64,000 bases of DNA from Rhynchocyon petersi (taxonomy: Eukaryota), in NCBI GenBank assembly GCA_043290085.1, contig CM091795.1, positions 421,897,137 through 421,961,136 on the forward strand. Direction: 5' to 3'. The position numbers and the translations under genes are program-made. The notes beneath the pieces are model-generated. The model worked only from the letters and a program-made list of their open reading frames with translations, was not told where the DNA came from and did not search any database. Positions 36,689 through 48,900 of this stretch are shown here, one piece after another (the first letter of the stretch is position 1; the number at the start of each line of letters is the position of its first letter).

Positions 36689-36851
36689 CTCAAGGTAGGT
36701 GTGGGAGGGTCTTTGAGCCTCTCCCTACTATATCAGTTTCGGTGATGGTAAAGATGTCAGTGAACCTGGAATTTCACCCTGAAGTGTGAAATAAAGTGCT
36801 TGCTGTCTGAGAGGAAAGCTGATAGGGGATCAGTAATTTCAGAAATGATTA

Positions 36852-37860
36852 TTGTTAGGTGCCATTGAGTCAACTACAACTCATAGCTACTCTATGAACA
36901 GCAGATCTGAACCCTGCCCTATCCTGCACCATCCTCACTGTGCCTGAGATACTCTAGCCAATTATTGCAGTCACTGTTTGTCCATTTAGTTAAGGGTCTA
37001 CCGCTCTTTTTGCTCACTCTCCACCCTTCCAAGCATGATGTCCCTTTCCAAGAACAGCCCCTCCTAACAACATGTCCAAAGCATGTAACTCGAAGTTTCA
37101 TCATCCTTGCCTCCAAGGAGCACTTTGGTTGCACTGTCTCCAGGACAAGTTGTTTGTTATTTTGGTTATACATGGGATATTGAACACTCTTCTCCAGCAC
37201 CACAACTCAAATTGATATTCTTCTGTGATCCTTATTCAGTGTCCAACTTTCAGATGCATAGCTAGTAATTGAGAAAACCAAGGTTTGGATCAGGTACACA
37301 TTTGTCTTCAAACTGACTTCATTACTCTTTAGTATTTTGGAGAGGTCTTTAACAGCAGACTTTCCCAGTGTGCTATGTCTTTTGATTTCTTGACTGCTGA
37401 TGCCAAGGGTGTTGACTGTGGATCCACGTAAAACGAAATCATTGACCATTTCAATCATTTCTATATTACGATGTTCACTATTGGCCCAGGGGGGAGGACC
37501 TTGGTTTGCTTGAGGTATTCTTTGCCATAATCCATATTGAAGACTGCAGTCTTTGATCTTCTGCAGCAAACATTTCAAGTCCTCTTCACTTTCAGCAAGC
37601 AGGGTTGTGTCATCTGCATATCACAAGTTGTCGATATTTCTTCCTCCTATCCTGATGCCATGTTCTTCATAAAGGCCAGCTTCTTGAATGGTTTGCTTGG
37701 CAGACAGATTGAATAGGTATGAGGAAATGATACAGCCCTACAGCCCTGACACAGCCTTTCGTGATTTTGCATTGTGCAGTGTTGCCATGTTCTGTTTGGA
37801 CAACAGCTTCTTTATGTAGGTAGAGATTTCACATTCAAAATTAAGAGTTCTATGATTCCC
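36852..37860 (-). mobile_element. RTE fragment (-), RT C-terminal half to 3' end
   Basis: Minus-strand ORFs 36919-37203 and 37207-37578 carry RTE ORF motifs. The fragment is contiguous in RTE coordinates with the piece at 38140-38400. Confidence 0.75.
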
Positions 37861-37962
37861 ATTTTTCTCAGTATTTAAAAAAAAAAGGGAATCATAGAAC
37901 TCTTAATTTTGAATGTGAAATCTCTACCCACATCAAGAAGCTATTGTCCAAATAGAACATGG
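37785..37962. repeat. Inverted repeat / foldback: 76-bp arms (37785-37860 and 37887-37962, 72/76 identical as reverse complements) around a 26-bp A-rich loop
   Basis: The left arm reads ccatgttctgtttggacaacagcttctttatgtaggtagagatttcacattcaaaattaagagttctatgattccc. The reverse complement of the right arm reads ccatgttctatttggacaatagcttcttgatgtgggtagagatttcacattcaaaattaagagttctatgattccc. Both arms are RTE RT-domain sequence. Confidence 0.8.
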
Positions 37963-38135
37963 ATGTGGCCTAGTGGTGAAGGAGCTGCGCTGCCAACCCA
38001 AAGGCACGTGGTTCAAATCCGCCACCTGCTCCACGGGAGAAAGAGTGGCTTCCACTCCCATGCGAGATACTGCCTCCGGAAACCCTTGGGAGGTTCACGA
38101 TGAGTTGTTCACGACTCGATGGTACCCCACCACCA
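37963..38135 (+). repeat. AfroSINE (+) inserted into an RTE, adjacent to an inverted 76-bp duplication
   Basis: The sequence reads atgtggcctagtggtgaaggagctgcgctgccaacccaaaggcacgtggttcaaatccgccacctgctccacgggagaaagagtggcttccactcccatgcgagatactgcctccggaaacccttgggaggttcacgatgagttgttcacgactcgatggtacccc. Confidence 0.9.
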
Positions 38136-38139
38136 TGAT

Positions 38140-38400
38140 CTCCATTTTTTCTGTGTTAGCCATAATTTGTTGTGGTCTACATAGTCAAATTCCTTTGCAT
38201 AGTCGGTGAAACACAAATAGATATCCTCTGGTATATGCTTTCAGCCAAGATCTACCTAACATCTGCAGTGGTATCCTTGGTGCCATGGTCTCTTCTGAAT
38301 CCGGCTTGACTTTGCCTGTAGCTCTCTGTCAATTTTCTAGTAGGTTTTTAAAAATAACCTTCCATAAGATTTTACTTGTGTTTGATATCAATGATACTAT
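38140..38400 (-). mobile_element. RTE fragment (-), RT N-terminal part; same ancestral element as 36852-37860, split by an AfroSINE insertion
   Basis: The reverse complement encodes ...DVRWILAESKEYQRDIYLCFTDYAKAFDYVDHNKLW.... Confidence 0.65.
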
Positions 38401-39310
38401 TCAAGACAGGATTGGGGGGGGTTCCTAATTCCAATAAATAAATCAGTTTTGACTTTGTTATAGTCGAGGATGGCTGAAATAATAGGCTAATTATGGTGGT
38501 GACAGGCTGGCAGCAGGCTCGTGAGCCATATGAGTACCACATAAGGGATGGGGGGGTGCCTATCATTCATATAGTGCCTAGGGGTGCCTATTGGTCAGGA
38601 GAGCCCTAAGTGGGTACCTACACCAGGTTGAGGATGCTGACCCATGATTTCTTGAAAGTACAGATTAATTCTCTAGATGTTAGCACTCATCAGGAAACAT
38701 CTAAGGAGCATGTTGTAGGAACAGCAATTGTTTTCAGCAGGAACCCAGACACCCACCTCCTCAAAGTCCATTCTTTAGATCTACTCCCTGCATCCTCTGG
38801 AAAGAAATCCCTACTTGCTCTCCCAAATCTCCAGTCTTTGGGAACCCCAAGCTCCAATTCCATTTTCATGGTGCTTAACAGCCAGTAAAATGGGGCCTTC
38901 CCTAGCCTGGTCCTTGAATTATGCATATCATCATTCCTGACATATATGCCACAAAGCAGTGCTATCCCCTAGCAGAGGCATCACAAATGTAGCTGAGATA
39001 CTAAGACTCATTCCCAGCAATCCCATTAGGAGCCAGGAGGATGTCTGATGGGACCTGGAGACCCAATAAGGAGAGCATAATCAGGGTTTTAATGGAGAGT
39101 GGGTGGTGCCTTAAGATGGAGGCTTTTATCTGCCCTACAGAGACTCACTGTGGTGTGCAAGTGTAACCATGATGAATCCTGGTAGAGCCTCCCAAGACTG
39201 GTAACTGCAGTGGAGAATTTGGGGTCATGGAATTGGTACAGAATCTTAATAGGACACCTGTCCTTGTCTTGTAGGTATGGATTGATAGGGGCTTATTATG
39301 GTTCCTCCTC

Positions 39311-39480
39311 TAGTGGTGAAAGAGCTGTGCTGCAAGCCCAAAGGCACGCGGTTCAAACCCGCCAGCTGCTCCGCGGGAGAAAGAGTGGTTTCTACTTCCG
39401 TGTGAGATACCGCCTCCAGAAACCCTTGGGAGGGTCACTATGAGTCGTTTACGACTCGACGGTACACCACCACCACCACC
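39311..39480 (+). repeat. AfroSINE (+) ending in (CCA)n
   Basis: The sequence reads tagtggtgaaagagctgtgctgcaagcccaaaggcacgcggttcaaacccgccagctgctccgcgggagaaagagtggtttctacttccgtgtgagataccgcctccagaaacccttgggagggtcactatgagtcgtttacgactcgacggtacacc. Confidence 0.9.
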
Positions 39481-39689
39481 TCTGTTTAGTGGGACCTCAA
39501 AGTGTTGGTTACATTGTCTCCCTAGAAGGAGGCCATGAGAATTGTGAAAATGATCTGGGTTGTAGAGGGAGAGTGCAGAAGCTGTTGACTTCAGCCAGAC
39601 AGGATAACCTGGTTGCAAAATAACAAAACATTCCTGGGCTGGTCAGTACAGCTTGGGTTAATTCCCTTTTTGTTACCATTTCATCAACA

Positions 39690-40830
39690 ACTTGCAATAC
39701 GCAGATGATACAAACTTTGCTTGCTGAAAGTGAACAAGACTTGAAAGCTCTGCTGCAGAAGCTCAAGGACTGTAGCCTGCAATATGGATTGTGGATAAAC
39801 CTCAGGAAAGCCAAGATCCTTACCATGGGGCTAACTGGGGATGCCATGATCAATGGAGAAAGGATAGAAATTGTCAGGGGTTTAGGGAAAGGGATCAACA
39901 GAATCAAAATGACAAAAAACAAAAGTTGGGGGTTTTTGTTGTTTATTTGTCTTTGTTTTTTATGATGATATGCTTGTTTTGTATTTGAGTGGTTTGATTT
40001 ATTTGTTGCTGTATGTTTATTTTGGTTCTATTTTTTAAGGGGTTTTGGTTTGTTTTGTTTGGTGGGGGGGAGGAGAGGGTGTTAAAAAAAAAAGAAGGAA
40101 ACCCAGTGAATGGAGGGATGAGACAAGGTGATTCAATGTACAATATGTTAGACCTCTATTGTAAACAGTTAATCACCCAATCTATTATAATGAATGCTTG
40201 AATGTTACAAACATTAAAAAAAAATTTTTTTTTAAAAAAACATGATTTAAAAAAAAAGAAATTGTCAATTATTTTGTCTTGCTTGGATCCACTGTCAACA
40301 CCCTTGGCACTAGCAGCCAAGAGATCATAAGACGCATCACATTGGGAAAGGCAGCTGTTCGAGACCTTGCCAAAGTGCTAAGGAGCAATGATGTTTATCT
40401 GAAGACAAAGGTGCACCTGGTCCAAACCATGGTCTTCTCAATCACTAGCCATGCATCTGAGAGTTGGACGATGACTAGATATGACAGAAGAAGAATTGAT
40501 GCCTTTGAGCTGTGGTGTTGGAGAAGAGTGCTCAATATCCCATGGATGGTCAAGAGAACAAACAAGTATGTCCTGCAGAGAGTCCAATCGGAATGCTCCT
40601 TGGAGGCAAGGGTGGTTAGGCTTCGCCTTACATATTTTGGACATGTTAGGAGAAGCTAATCCCTGAAGAGGACACATTATGCTTGGAAAGGTGGAGGGTA
40701 AGAAAAGGAGAGGCAGACCCTTGACTAGATGGATGGACACAGTTACTGCAGTGATGGGTGTGAGTGTCTCGGAGATGGTGAGGATGGCCCAGGATAGAGC
40801 ACATTTCAGGTCTGCTGGCGGGGGGGGGGG
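39690..40830 (+). mobile_element. RTE (+) RT-to-3' portion interrupted by a 350-bp G/T-rich low-complexity insert (39910-40260)
   Basis: ORF 39705-39965 reads ...LLAESEQDLKALLQKLKDCSLQYGLWINLRKAKILTMG...NGERIEIV. ORF 40279-40659 reads MLGSTVNTLGTSSQEIIRRITLGKAAVRDL...MVKRTNKYVLQRVQSECSLEARVVRLRLTYFGHVRRS. A G19 run lies at 40818-40836. Confidence 0.75.
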
Positions 40831-41599
40831 GGGTCCTGGGCACCACTTTCCCACTTCTCCCTGTCACAAGTTCTACCTTTCTTACCTGAAGTGTAATGGG
40901 ACAGTCATGCTTAGCTCTAGTAAACCAGTGTTTTTATAGGCCATAAAGAGTCCAGCCCCAGCAACCCAAAGCCCGCCCTATTCAGGAGGGTGGAGTGGGA
41001 AGGTGTCTCAGTTTTCTTCCCAAATCTCTCTTAAGACACATGGAACTCTGCAGCACAGAGCAGTTGTACTGCAATAGGGGCTTCAGCTAATGTCCCAATC
41101 TCAGGAGGCAGAAAGGGTGCAGTGGTGTGCCAGCCAGGGTGCAGCTGCCTGCTCCCAGTCTCAGTATGGATGTCCATCCAAACTAAGACTTCACCCTCCT
41201 AGCAGCAGAGCTCAATCCTCTGTTCCACTAGGGAGCCAAGGGCATGATTAATCTCCCCCATACTCTTCTGATGACACACAATTGGATCTCCCTTCCACTT
41301 CCATTTCTGCCCAGAAAGGAGGCTAAACCACTGGGAATGGGTCATGTTGGGGTTTGTGACCTAGACCCCTGTTCCTTCACATCTGGGATCCAGCCCTTTC
41401 CATTTGCCCTACCTTGTCAGGAAAGTGTAGAACTAACGGTTAACATGCTTCACTCTTGCCTATCGATCCGGGCAGTTTTCATCTATCCATTCCAGTAACC
41501 TCTAGTGAACGCAGTTCTGACCTGGGTCACCACTCAGTCCCCGATGCATCCTCCTTGGCTTCTAAACTCGCCTCCCTCAGCACCATGGCATGACCTACA

Positions 41600-42900
41600 G
41601 GTGGGAGGAGGGGGTCAACCCGGGACGGGCCCTAGGGATTGGGTATCCAAATTTGGGCACCAGGACGCCAGCCCCTAGCCCGCCAGCGCCTGCTATATTT
41701 AGCCAGACGGGGCTCTGGACTAGGGTGCGGGGCAATTCCCTCGGCCAGGCGTTCTGAAGCAGAGCTAGTGCGCAAGTGAGAGGGCGAGGGGGATTCTGTC
41801 CCTGTGGAGATGACTGGTGGGATGTACATAGGCCCGGTACGATCACCCGGAGTAGTGGATCTTTAGAAGCACTGCTTGCATGCTCCCCTGAGCCTTTTGA
41901 ACCCCTTCGCTGTACCAGCTGTGCTGCAGTCTCGGACACCCCTTGGGAGGATGGGGAGGAGGTGCGGCAGCGAGGACTGACATTCTGGGGGCAAGAGGAA
42001 GGGCTTCTGTTGACCTTTCAGGATCCAGCTCTGACCACCTTTCTTGTCTTTGTTCACCTGCCAGAATCCAGCGAGCCCGGACCATGAGCATCTCCAGCAG
42101 CACGCATAGTCCCTCGGACCCAGAACGTGCCTGCCTTCAGGTCCAGAAGGGGCGCCTGGGTCTTCCCTCACCTGCTCCAAGGGGCCACTCCTGGCCCCCC
42201 TCTCCAGACGAGGATCCCAGGTTGCCTCCCTTTCCTCTGGAACAGCCTGGTCCCAGACCCCTATCCCCGGGGAGCCTTCCTTCTCCAGTTTTGTCATCAG
42301 AGCAACAAGAGAAGGAGGAAGAGGATGAAGAGGATGACGACGCGGCACAGCCAGAGGCACTGTGCAGCCAGGAGCATCCGACCCGGTTCTTCGCTGAGGC
42401 ACAGCGGCTGCGGGAACAGAGGTTGTTGCTGGACGAAGAGGTGTCTGTTGGGGGGCGAGTGTACGGAGTGCACCGGGTGGTCTTGGCCGCGGTCAGCAGC
42501 CTCTTCAGGAGAAGGCTACAGGGCGGCGGACGTCCACAGCCCCCCCTTAGCCTCGACGTGACCCCCAGGGGCTGGGAGGCAGTGCTGACCTTTGCCTACG
42601 AGGGGGTGCTGGGCCCGGCCCCCCTGCAGGATGTGCTGGCCGTAGCCGAGGCCCTGGGAGCGCCCCGGGTGAAGGCTGCCGCCCAGCTGAGAAGTGAGGG
42701 GCCTGGAAGCACCCAGGAAGAGGACATGAAGCCCAGCCAGGCACAGGAGCTGAGGGAGCACTTACGAGGGATCGAGCTCCTATACCAAGAGGGCGTCGGG
42801 TGCGACCTGGAGCTGGAAGCAGAAGGCTGCAGACTGAGGGGTGAGGGCCCTGTGGGCTTTACTGTTACTTGAATGTGCAAACAGCACGTGGTTTGATGCC
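41600..42900 (+). promoter_or_regulatory. KLHL33: CpG-rich block covering the KLHL33 5' region / first coding exon
   Basis: GC and CpG content is high. The overlapping antisense ORFs (for example 41863-42402 on the minus strand) are GC-composition artefacts. Confidence 0.45.
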
Positions 42901-45900
42901 CACTGGTTGGTGATTTCGGTCCCTGCTGCAATCAGAGGTGCCTTTGGTGCCTCTTCTGACCCACTAAGGGTGGGACATGCGCAGTTGAGTTGTTTTCCAA
43001 GGCGTGCTGACAGATTAAAGCTGACACTTTACCCCGTTCTGGCTTCTGGTCACAGCAACAAGGGTTTCCCCGGCCAGCTGGCTGGAGCTAAGGGTACAAT
43101 CCATGGCAGCAGAACAAGCAGAAAGCGACATAAAAAGGGATTAGCTAAAGGCATTTCTTGGCATCGTCTTCCAGACATAGGAAAAGCCAGTAAAACACAG
43201 TGGAAAAATTCCTAGTGTGCCCTTTCACCTGTCTGTATTCAACACCGTGGCACGCTTTGCAGATACTGCAGCTAGTAAGATCTGGTACTCTTTTTCCAAA
43301 ATCCTAAAGCTACCAGGTATGGCACCAGAAAAGATAAGTAGAGTTGAACAAGCTGTTATGGGGATTCTATTAACATTTAGTGAGGTGCTGCATGCCAGGG
43401 ATTTTACACATAACAGCTGTGTGAATTCCCACTGAAAGCTAGTACCTTTTCCGTAGGTACAGATAAGGATCATCAAAGTCAGAAATGGTTAGCTAGTATG
43501 ATCACCTGTTATAAACCCACATCCATTATTAGTCCAGTCTGCTCCGTGGTGCCATATTAAAGGAACATGGCAAATAGACTCTGAATTTGGCCACGTGAAG
43601 CTTTAACGCTACAGAAGATTGGTTTAAAGGTTAGAGATTATTTAGTTTGGCCCTTACTCTATATCAGCAGTGAAAATGGGCTTCAAGGTGCACCCAAAGT
43701 CACTTAGCTGCTACTCATTAGAGGACCCAAAGTGTTTCTGGGGTTCCCAGAAAGAAAGGAAGCCCTGAAGTGTTTGTTAACATTGTTTAGGGCATTTAAA
43801 GCCTATAATTTAAAAATTCTTACTAACATTTGGAATTGAAACATACTCCACTTCTTTCATTTCCTTAAAATAAATTACAATTTCTTGGTAGAAACCTGTT
43901 ACTTAAAGCTCACAGGGTGAGGGCAAGCCTCAAGAAGATGGACTGACATGATGATGATGAAGATAGGTACAGTCGAGTCATGACTGACTCATAGCTGACC
44001 CTCCCTCCGGGTTTCCAGAGGCAATAAATCTCGAGAGTTGACACTACTCTTTCTCCCCTGATGCAGCTGGAGGATTTGAACCACTTGCTTGCCTGTGGAT
44101 TGGCAGCACACAGCTCCTTGCCACACCAGCTGTTGTGGTACCTAACATAAGATGGCATGTTGTTATGTGCCATCGAGTCGAGGACGACTCATAGCGACCC
44201 TATCAACAGCAGATCTGAAATTCACCTTATCCTGCACCATCCTCATCATCCCTGAAATACTTGAGCCCATCGCTGCAGTTACTGTGTCCAACCATCTAGT
44301 TGAGGGTCTTCCTCTCCCTCTCTGGCTCTCTACCTTTCCAAGCATGATGTCCCTCTCGAGGGACTGGCCGCTCCTAACATGTCCAAAATATGTGAGAAAT
44401 ATATTCACTATCCTTGCCTCCAAGGAACACTCTGGCTGGACTCTCTCCAGGACATATTTGTTTGTCCTCTTGGCCATCCATGGGATATTGAGTACTCTTC
44501 TCCAACACCACAATTCAAAGGCATCGATTATTTTTCTGTCATCCTTGGTCATTGTCCAACTTTCAGATGCATGGATAGCAATTGAGAAGACCATAGTTTG
44601 GATCAGGTGCACCTTTGTTCTCATGCTGACATCATTATTCTTCAGGACTTTGGCTAAGTCCCTAACAGCAGCTTTTCCCAATTTGATGTGTCTTTTGATT
44701 TCCTGACTACTGGTGTTAGAGGTGTTGACTGTAGATCCAAGTAAGATAAAATTGTTGACAGTTTCAATTCTTTCCCCATCAATTATGATGTTCCCCATTG
44801 GTCCAGTGGTTAGAATCTTGGTTTTCTTGAAGTTCAGCCTCAATTCATATTAACGACTGCAGTCCCTGAGCTTCTGCAGCAAACTTGTCAGATCCTCTTT
44901 GCTTTCAGCAAAGAAGGGTTGTGTCATCTGCATATTGCAGGTTATTGATGCAGCTTCTACCAATCCTGATGCCACACTCTTCCTCATAGAACCCCACATC
45001 CTGAATAATTTGTTCAGCATAGAGATTGAATAGGTATGGGGATAAGATGCAGCTCTGACTCACACCCTTCCTGATCTTGAACCATGCAGTATTCCCATGC
45101 TCTGTTCTGACTGCAGCCTCTTGATCTAGGTACAGATTTCGAATGAGCACCATTAGGTGTTCTGGAATTCCCATCTTCCTCAATGTTAGTCATAGTTTGT
45201 TGTGATCCACACAGTCAAATGCCTTTGCATAATCAATGGAACACAAGTAGACATTCTTCTTATATTCTTTACTTGCAGCCAAGATCCATCTGACATCTGC
45301 AATGACATCCCTGGTGCCATGGCCCCTTCTGAATCCAGCCTGACTTTCTGGCAGCTCTCTGTCAATATACTGCTCCAGTCGTTTTTGAATCATCCTTAGT
45401 AGGATTTTTCTTGCATGTGATATCAGTGCTATTGTTCTGTAGTTTCCACATTCTTTAGGATCGCCTTTTTTTGGAATTGGAACAAATATGGATCTCTCCC
45501 AGTCAGTAGGCCAGGTTTTTGTCCTCCAGATTTCCTGACACAGCTTTGTGAGCACATCCATGACTGCATCTGTTTGTTGAAACACATCATCGTGGGCTCA
45601 ATTATATCAGAGATGATGAGTATGGCACAGGAAAGGGCAGGGTTCAGATCTGTTGTTTAGGGGGTTGTTATGAGTCATAGTTGGCTTGACAGGACCTAAA
45701 AATGAGGAGTAAGAGATGGGTACAAGTGGTGGGAGCATTTGCACAGGAATCTCAAAGTACAGGCTAATTGACCAAATGGAAGCTGGTATGGCTCGAGGAA
45801 TGTAGTTTTTCTCAGACAATATATGCTTTGAAAACCATCTCTGATAGTTAGTTAGTAGTAGTAGTAAAGGCCACTAACTACCTCCTTTAAAAAGCATGGA

Positions 45901-48900
45901 AACCCATAGCAGCCTCACCTGCCCTCATGTGGCAGATACGCCACAAGTGATCCAAGCAACCTGGAAGTCCTTAGACTCTGGTGACTTGTCCTCTACATGA
46001 CTTATCTCACCGAACTTCCAGAGTTTTGGTGGTGGTAGCTTTTACTTGTTGTTATGAGGCATTTCAAACCCATAACAAAGTAAAGAGAATATTAAAATGA
46101 ATGTGCAAATACCCATCATCCAGATTTAAAAATTGACATTTTTACTTTGTTTCTTCTCTGCATCTGTTTTGTTTGTTTTTTTTTAAGTTTAAAGTAAACT
46201 CATCACATTTCACTCATAATACTGGATATAAGTCTCTTTAAAGGAGGACATTTTCTCATGAGGCCACAATAAATTAGCAGTATTTCCTAGTATCACCTAG
46301 TCCACATTTATATTTTTCCATTCATAGTTTGGATTTCTTTTTAAAAAAAAAAATAGAGGTCTTAGAGCTGCTTTATTCAACTCAAGAGCTTATTACAGAC
46401 TGTGCTGTACTTGGTTGTATGTCTCTTAGGTATCTTTCAATAATAAATAGTCTTACCTTCCCTTTCTGTGATGACTAATTGAAAAAACAAGATTAGTTAC
46501 TTTCAGAATGCTTCATTTTCTAGATTTGACATTTTCCCTTATGGTTTTGTTTAACTTCTCCATGTACCCTTTCAATGTCCTATAAAGAGATATTTAGATG
46601 TAAAGGCTAGATTAGATTTAGGCTAAATATTTTGGCCATAATACTTTATAGGTGATGCTGTCTACCTATAATTGAGTTCTATCAGGAGATAATGAGGTCT
46701 AGTTGTTAATGCAGCAGTTTCAGTGACATGAGGATGGTGTCTTGGTTATCTAATGTTGCTGTACGAAATGCCACAAATGTGTAGCTTTAACAGACAAAAT
46801 TTCTTTTCTCACTTTAGACAATGATAAGCCTCAGTTCAGAGCACCAGCTCTAATGTTGGGGGATGGAGGGAGTATGATGCTTTCTGTCTTTGTCAGCTCT
46901 TCGGGAAGGTCCTTGGCAGTTTCTTTTCCTTGGCTCCTTGGTAGGAGTGGATTACTGAGTAAGTAAACAGAAGTAAGACCACTCTTGTCAGGTTTGCTGG
47001 GTACTCTATCCCTGTAGGGATTGTGAATGGACAGAAGCTTTGATTCTGTAGGATAGGGCTGTGGTGTTGGGAAGAGAGATGGATGCCAGTCATCCTAGAA
47101 GCAGAATCATTGGTGTGGTGAAGAAAAGGGACATTGTTAACAGATTAGTAAACAAGCACAACTAAGCCCTTACTTACCTGTTTACTGAGTAATCCAACAA
47201 CACTGTCCGTTGGTGATCTTCATGTGGCATGGCTTCTTCTTCCCCAATCTCAGCATGATTGCTTGTTTAATCTGCCCTTTTGGAGTTCCAAAGAGATTGA
47301 TATACAACTACTGCCTTATTTTTATAAAACCATCCCAAATTGGATTATAACGGTAGGCATACAGTTAAGGTTTTCAACACATATTTTTGGGGGACATATT
47401 TCATTCCATAGGGAGTTCTGGGCAGTGACCTAATCCAAAGGCCACACACTTCTCAGGTGGTTCAAATCCACTAGCCCCTCCCAGAAGAAAAAAATGGCCA
47501 ATCTCCTGTGTGATTTACAGTTTTGGAAATCCAGTGAACAGAGGGTCAGCTATGAGTCAGCTATGAGAGTCAACTCTGCCTCTACAGCAATGAGAGAGAT
47601 GAGGATTCAGTCAATAACTGAGTTCTTTGACATTTCAAATTCATGATTCCCTGAACTGTGTCAAGGTGGAAGCAGGCACAGAAGAAAGCTGGGAAATGTG
47701 GGAATAGTAAGAGCTTACTTTTGGGTGACAGATAGCAATCAGATGAGGCTTGGTTATGTTCCTTCCCGATTGTAGGTAGTGTCACTTTCCAGTAAAATCT
47801 AACTTAACAGAATGGTGGATGGCAGCTCAGTGAAGAAACAAGTGTTGGTCTGTGTGCAGTGTAGAAGCATGTAAGTTGTGTGCTGGCCTTTTTAATTAAT
47901 TTTTTTGCCTTTTTAAATCAAATGTTACCAGCACCTTCTCAACTTTCATCTACCAACACTCTTTTTCAAACTTACTTGCATCAGAGAGACTGATGGTTTG
48001 CAGAGTGTCTTCAGGTCTCTAACAGGGTGCTATTAACTCCAGGGTGCTAAAAAGGTGCCTGAACATGTTACAGCAGAAAATTTTAGCGTCTCCATTCAGA
48101 CCTACTGGATCAGGGGCTCTGGCCACTGTTGTTACGTGCCATCGAGTCGAGGATGACTCATAGCGATCCTATGAACCATAGACCTGAAATGCACCCTATC
48201 CTGTGCCATCCTCACCAACCCAGACACACTCTCCCCCATCGTTGCAGTAACCATATCCACCCATCTAGTTGAGGGTTTGCCCCTCCCCCTCCTGCCCTCC
48301 ACCTCTCTGAGCATAATGTCCCTCTCCAGGGACCAGATCTCTTCTAGCAACTTGTCCAAAATACGTGAGGCGGAGCTTCAAAACTCTTGCCTCCAAGGAG
48401 CACTCTGGTTTGACCCTCTCCAGGACATATATTGACAGGCTTTCCTTGTATGCGTATGGTTAGTGTTCTGTCATTCACAGCATTGTATTTCAGGATCGAC
48501 TTGGAGATGGCCTTTTTGACAATAAATGCAACTCTTCATTCCCTGTGTAATAAATCATGTGACTGTCTGATTCAAAATGGCCTGTACCCAAAATTTACTT
48601 TACTTTTTTTTCCTTAAATTTATTTTATTTAAATTCATATTTAAAACATTCAGTATACTAGCTTAGGTGATTATTAACAAGCACCTCATGTTTTTCTGAT
48701 GCAAGTGAAAATTTGACCTATAGCTTTGGGTGATTGGCTACAAAATTAAGGTAGTGGAGTTGAGATGCTGTTTAGCAGAGGCAACATTCTGTGTCCCCCT
48801 CTGCTTCTTCTTCCCTTTTGCAGTGCACCGAGCAGCCCTTGCCTGTGGCAGTGAATTCTTTGGGGCTATGCTTTTGAGTGGGATGAAGGAATCTCAGGGC

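Noticed and set aside
41863-42402. A 179-aa minus-strand ORF and other ORFs overlapping KLHL33 exon 1
   Set aside because: They are antisense to a coding exon with a strong homology-supported frame. The composition is GC-rich and the peptide is low-complexity.
44163-44843. A 226-aa ORF (and similar ORFs of 100-180 aa elsewhere) that could be called as novel genes
   Set aside because: All of them translate to the conserved C-terminal region of the BovB/RTE ORF (...RTNKYVLERVQPECSLEARMVKL.LTYFGHV.RR.QSLE.DIMLGKVEG.R.RGRP..RW.D.V...). They are retroelement fragments.
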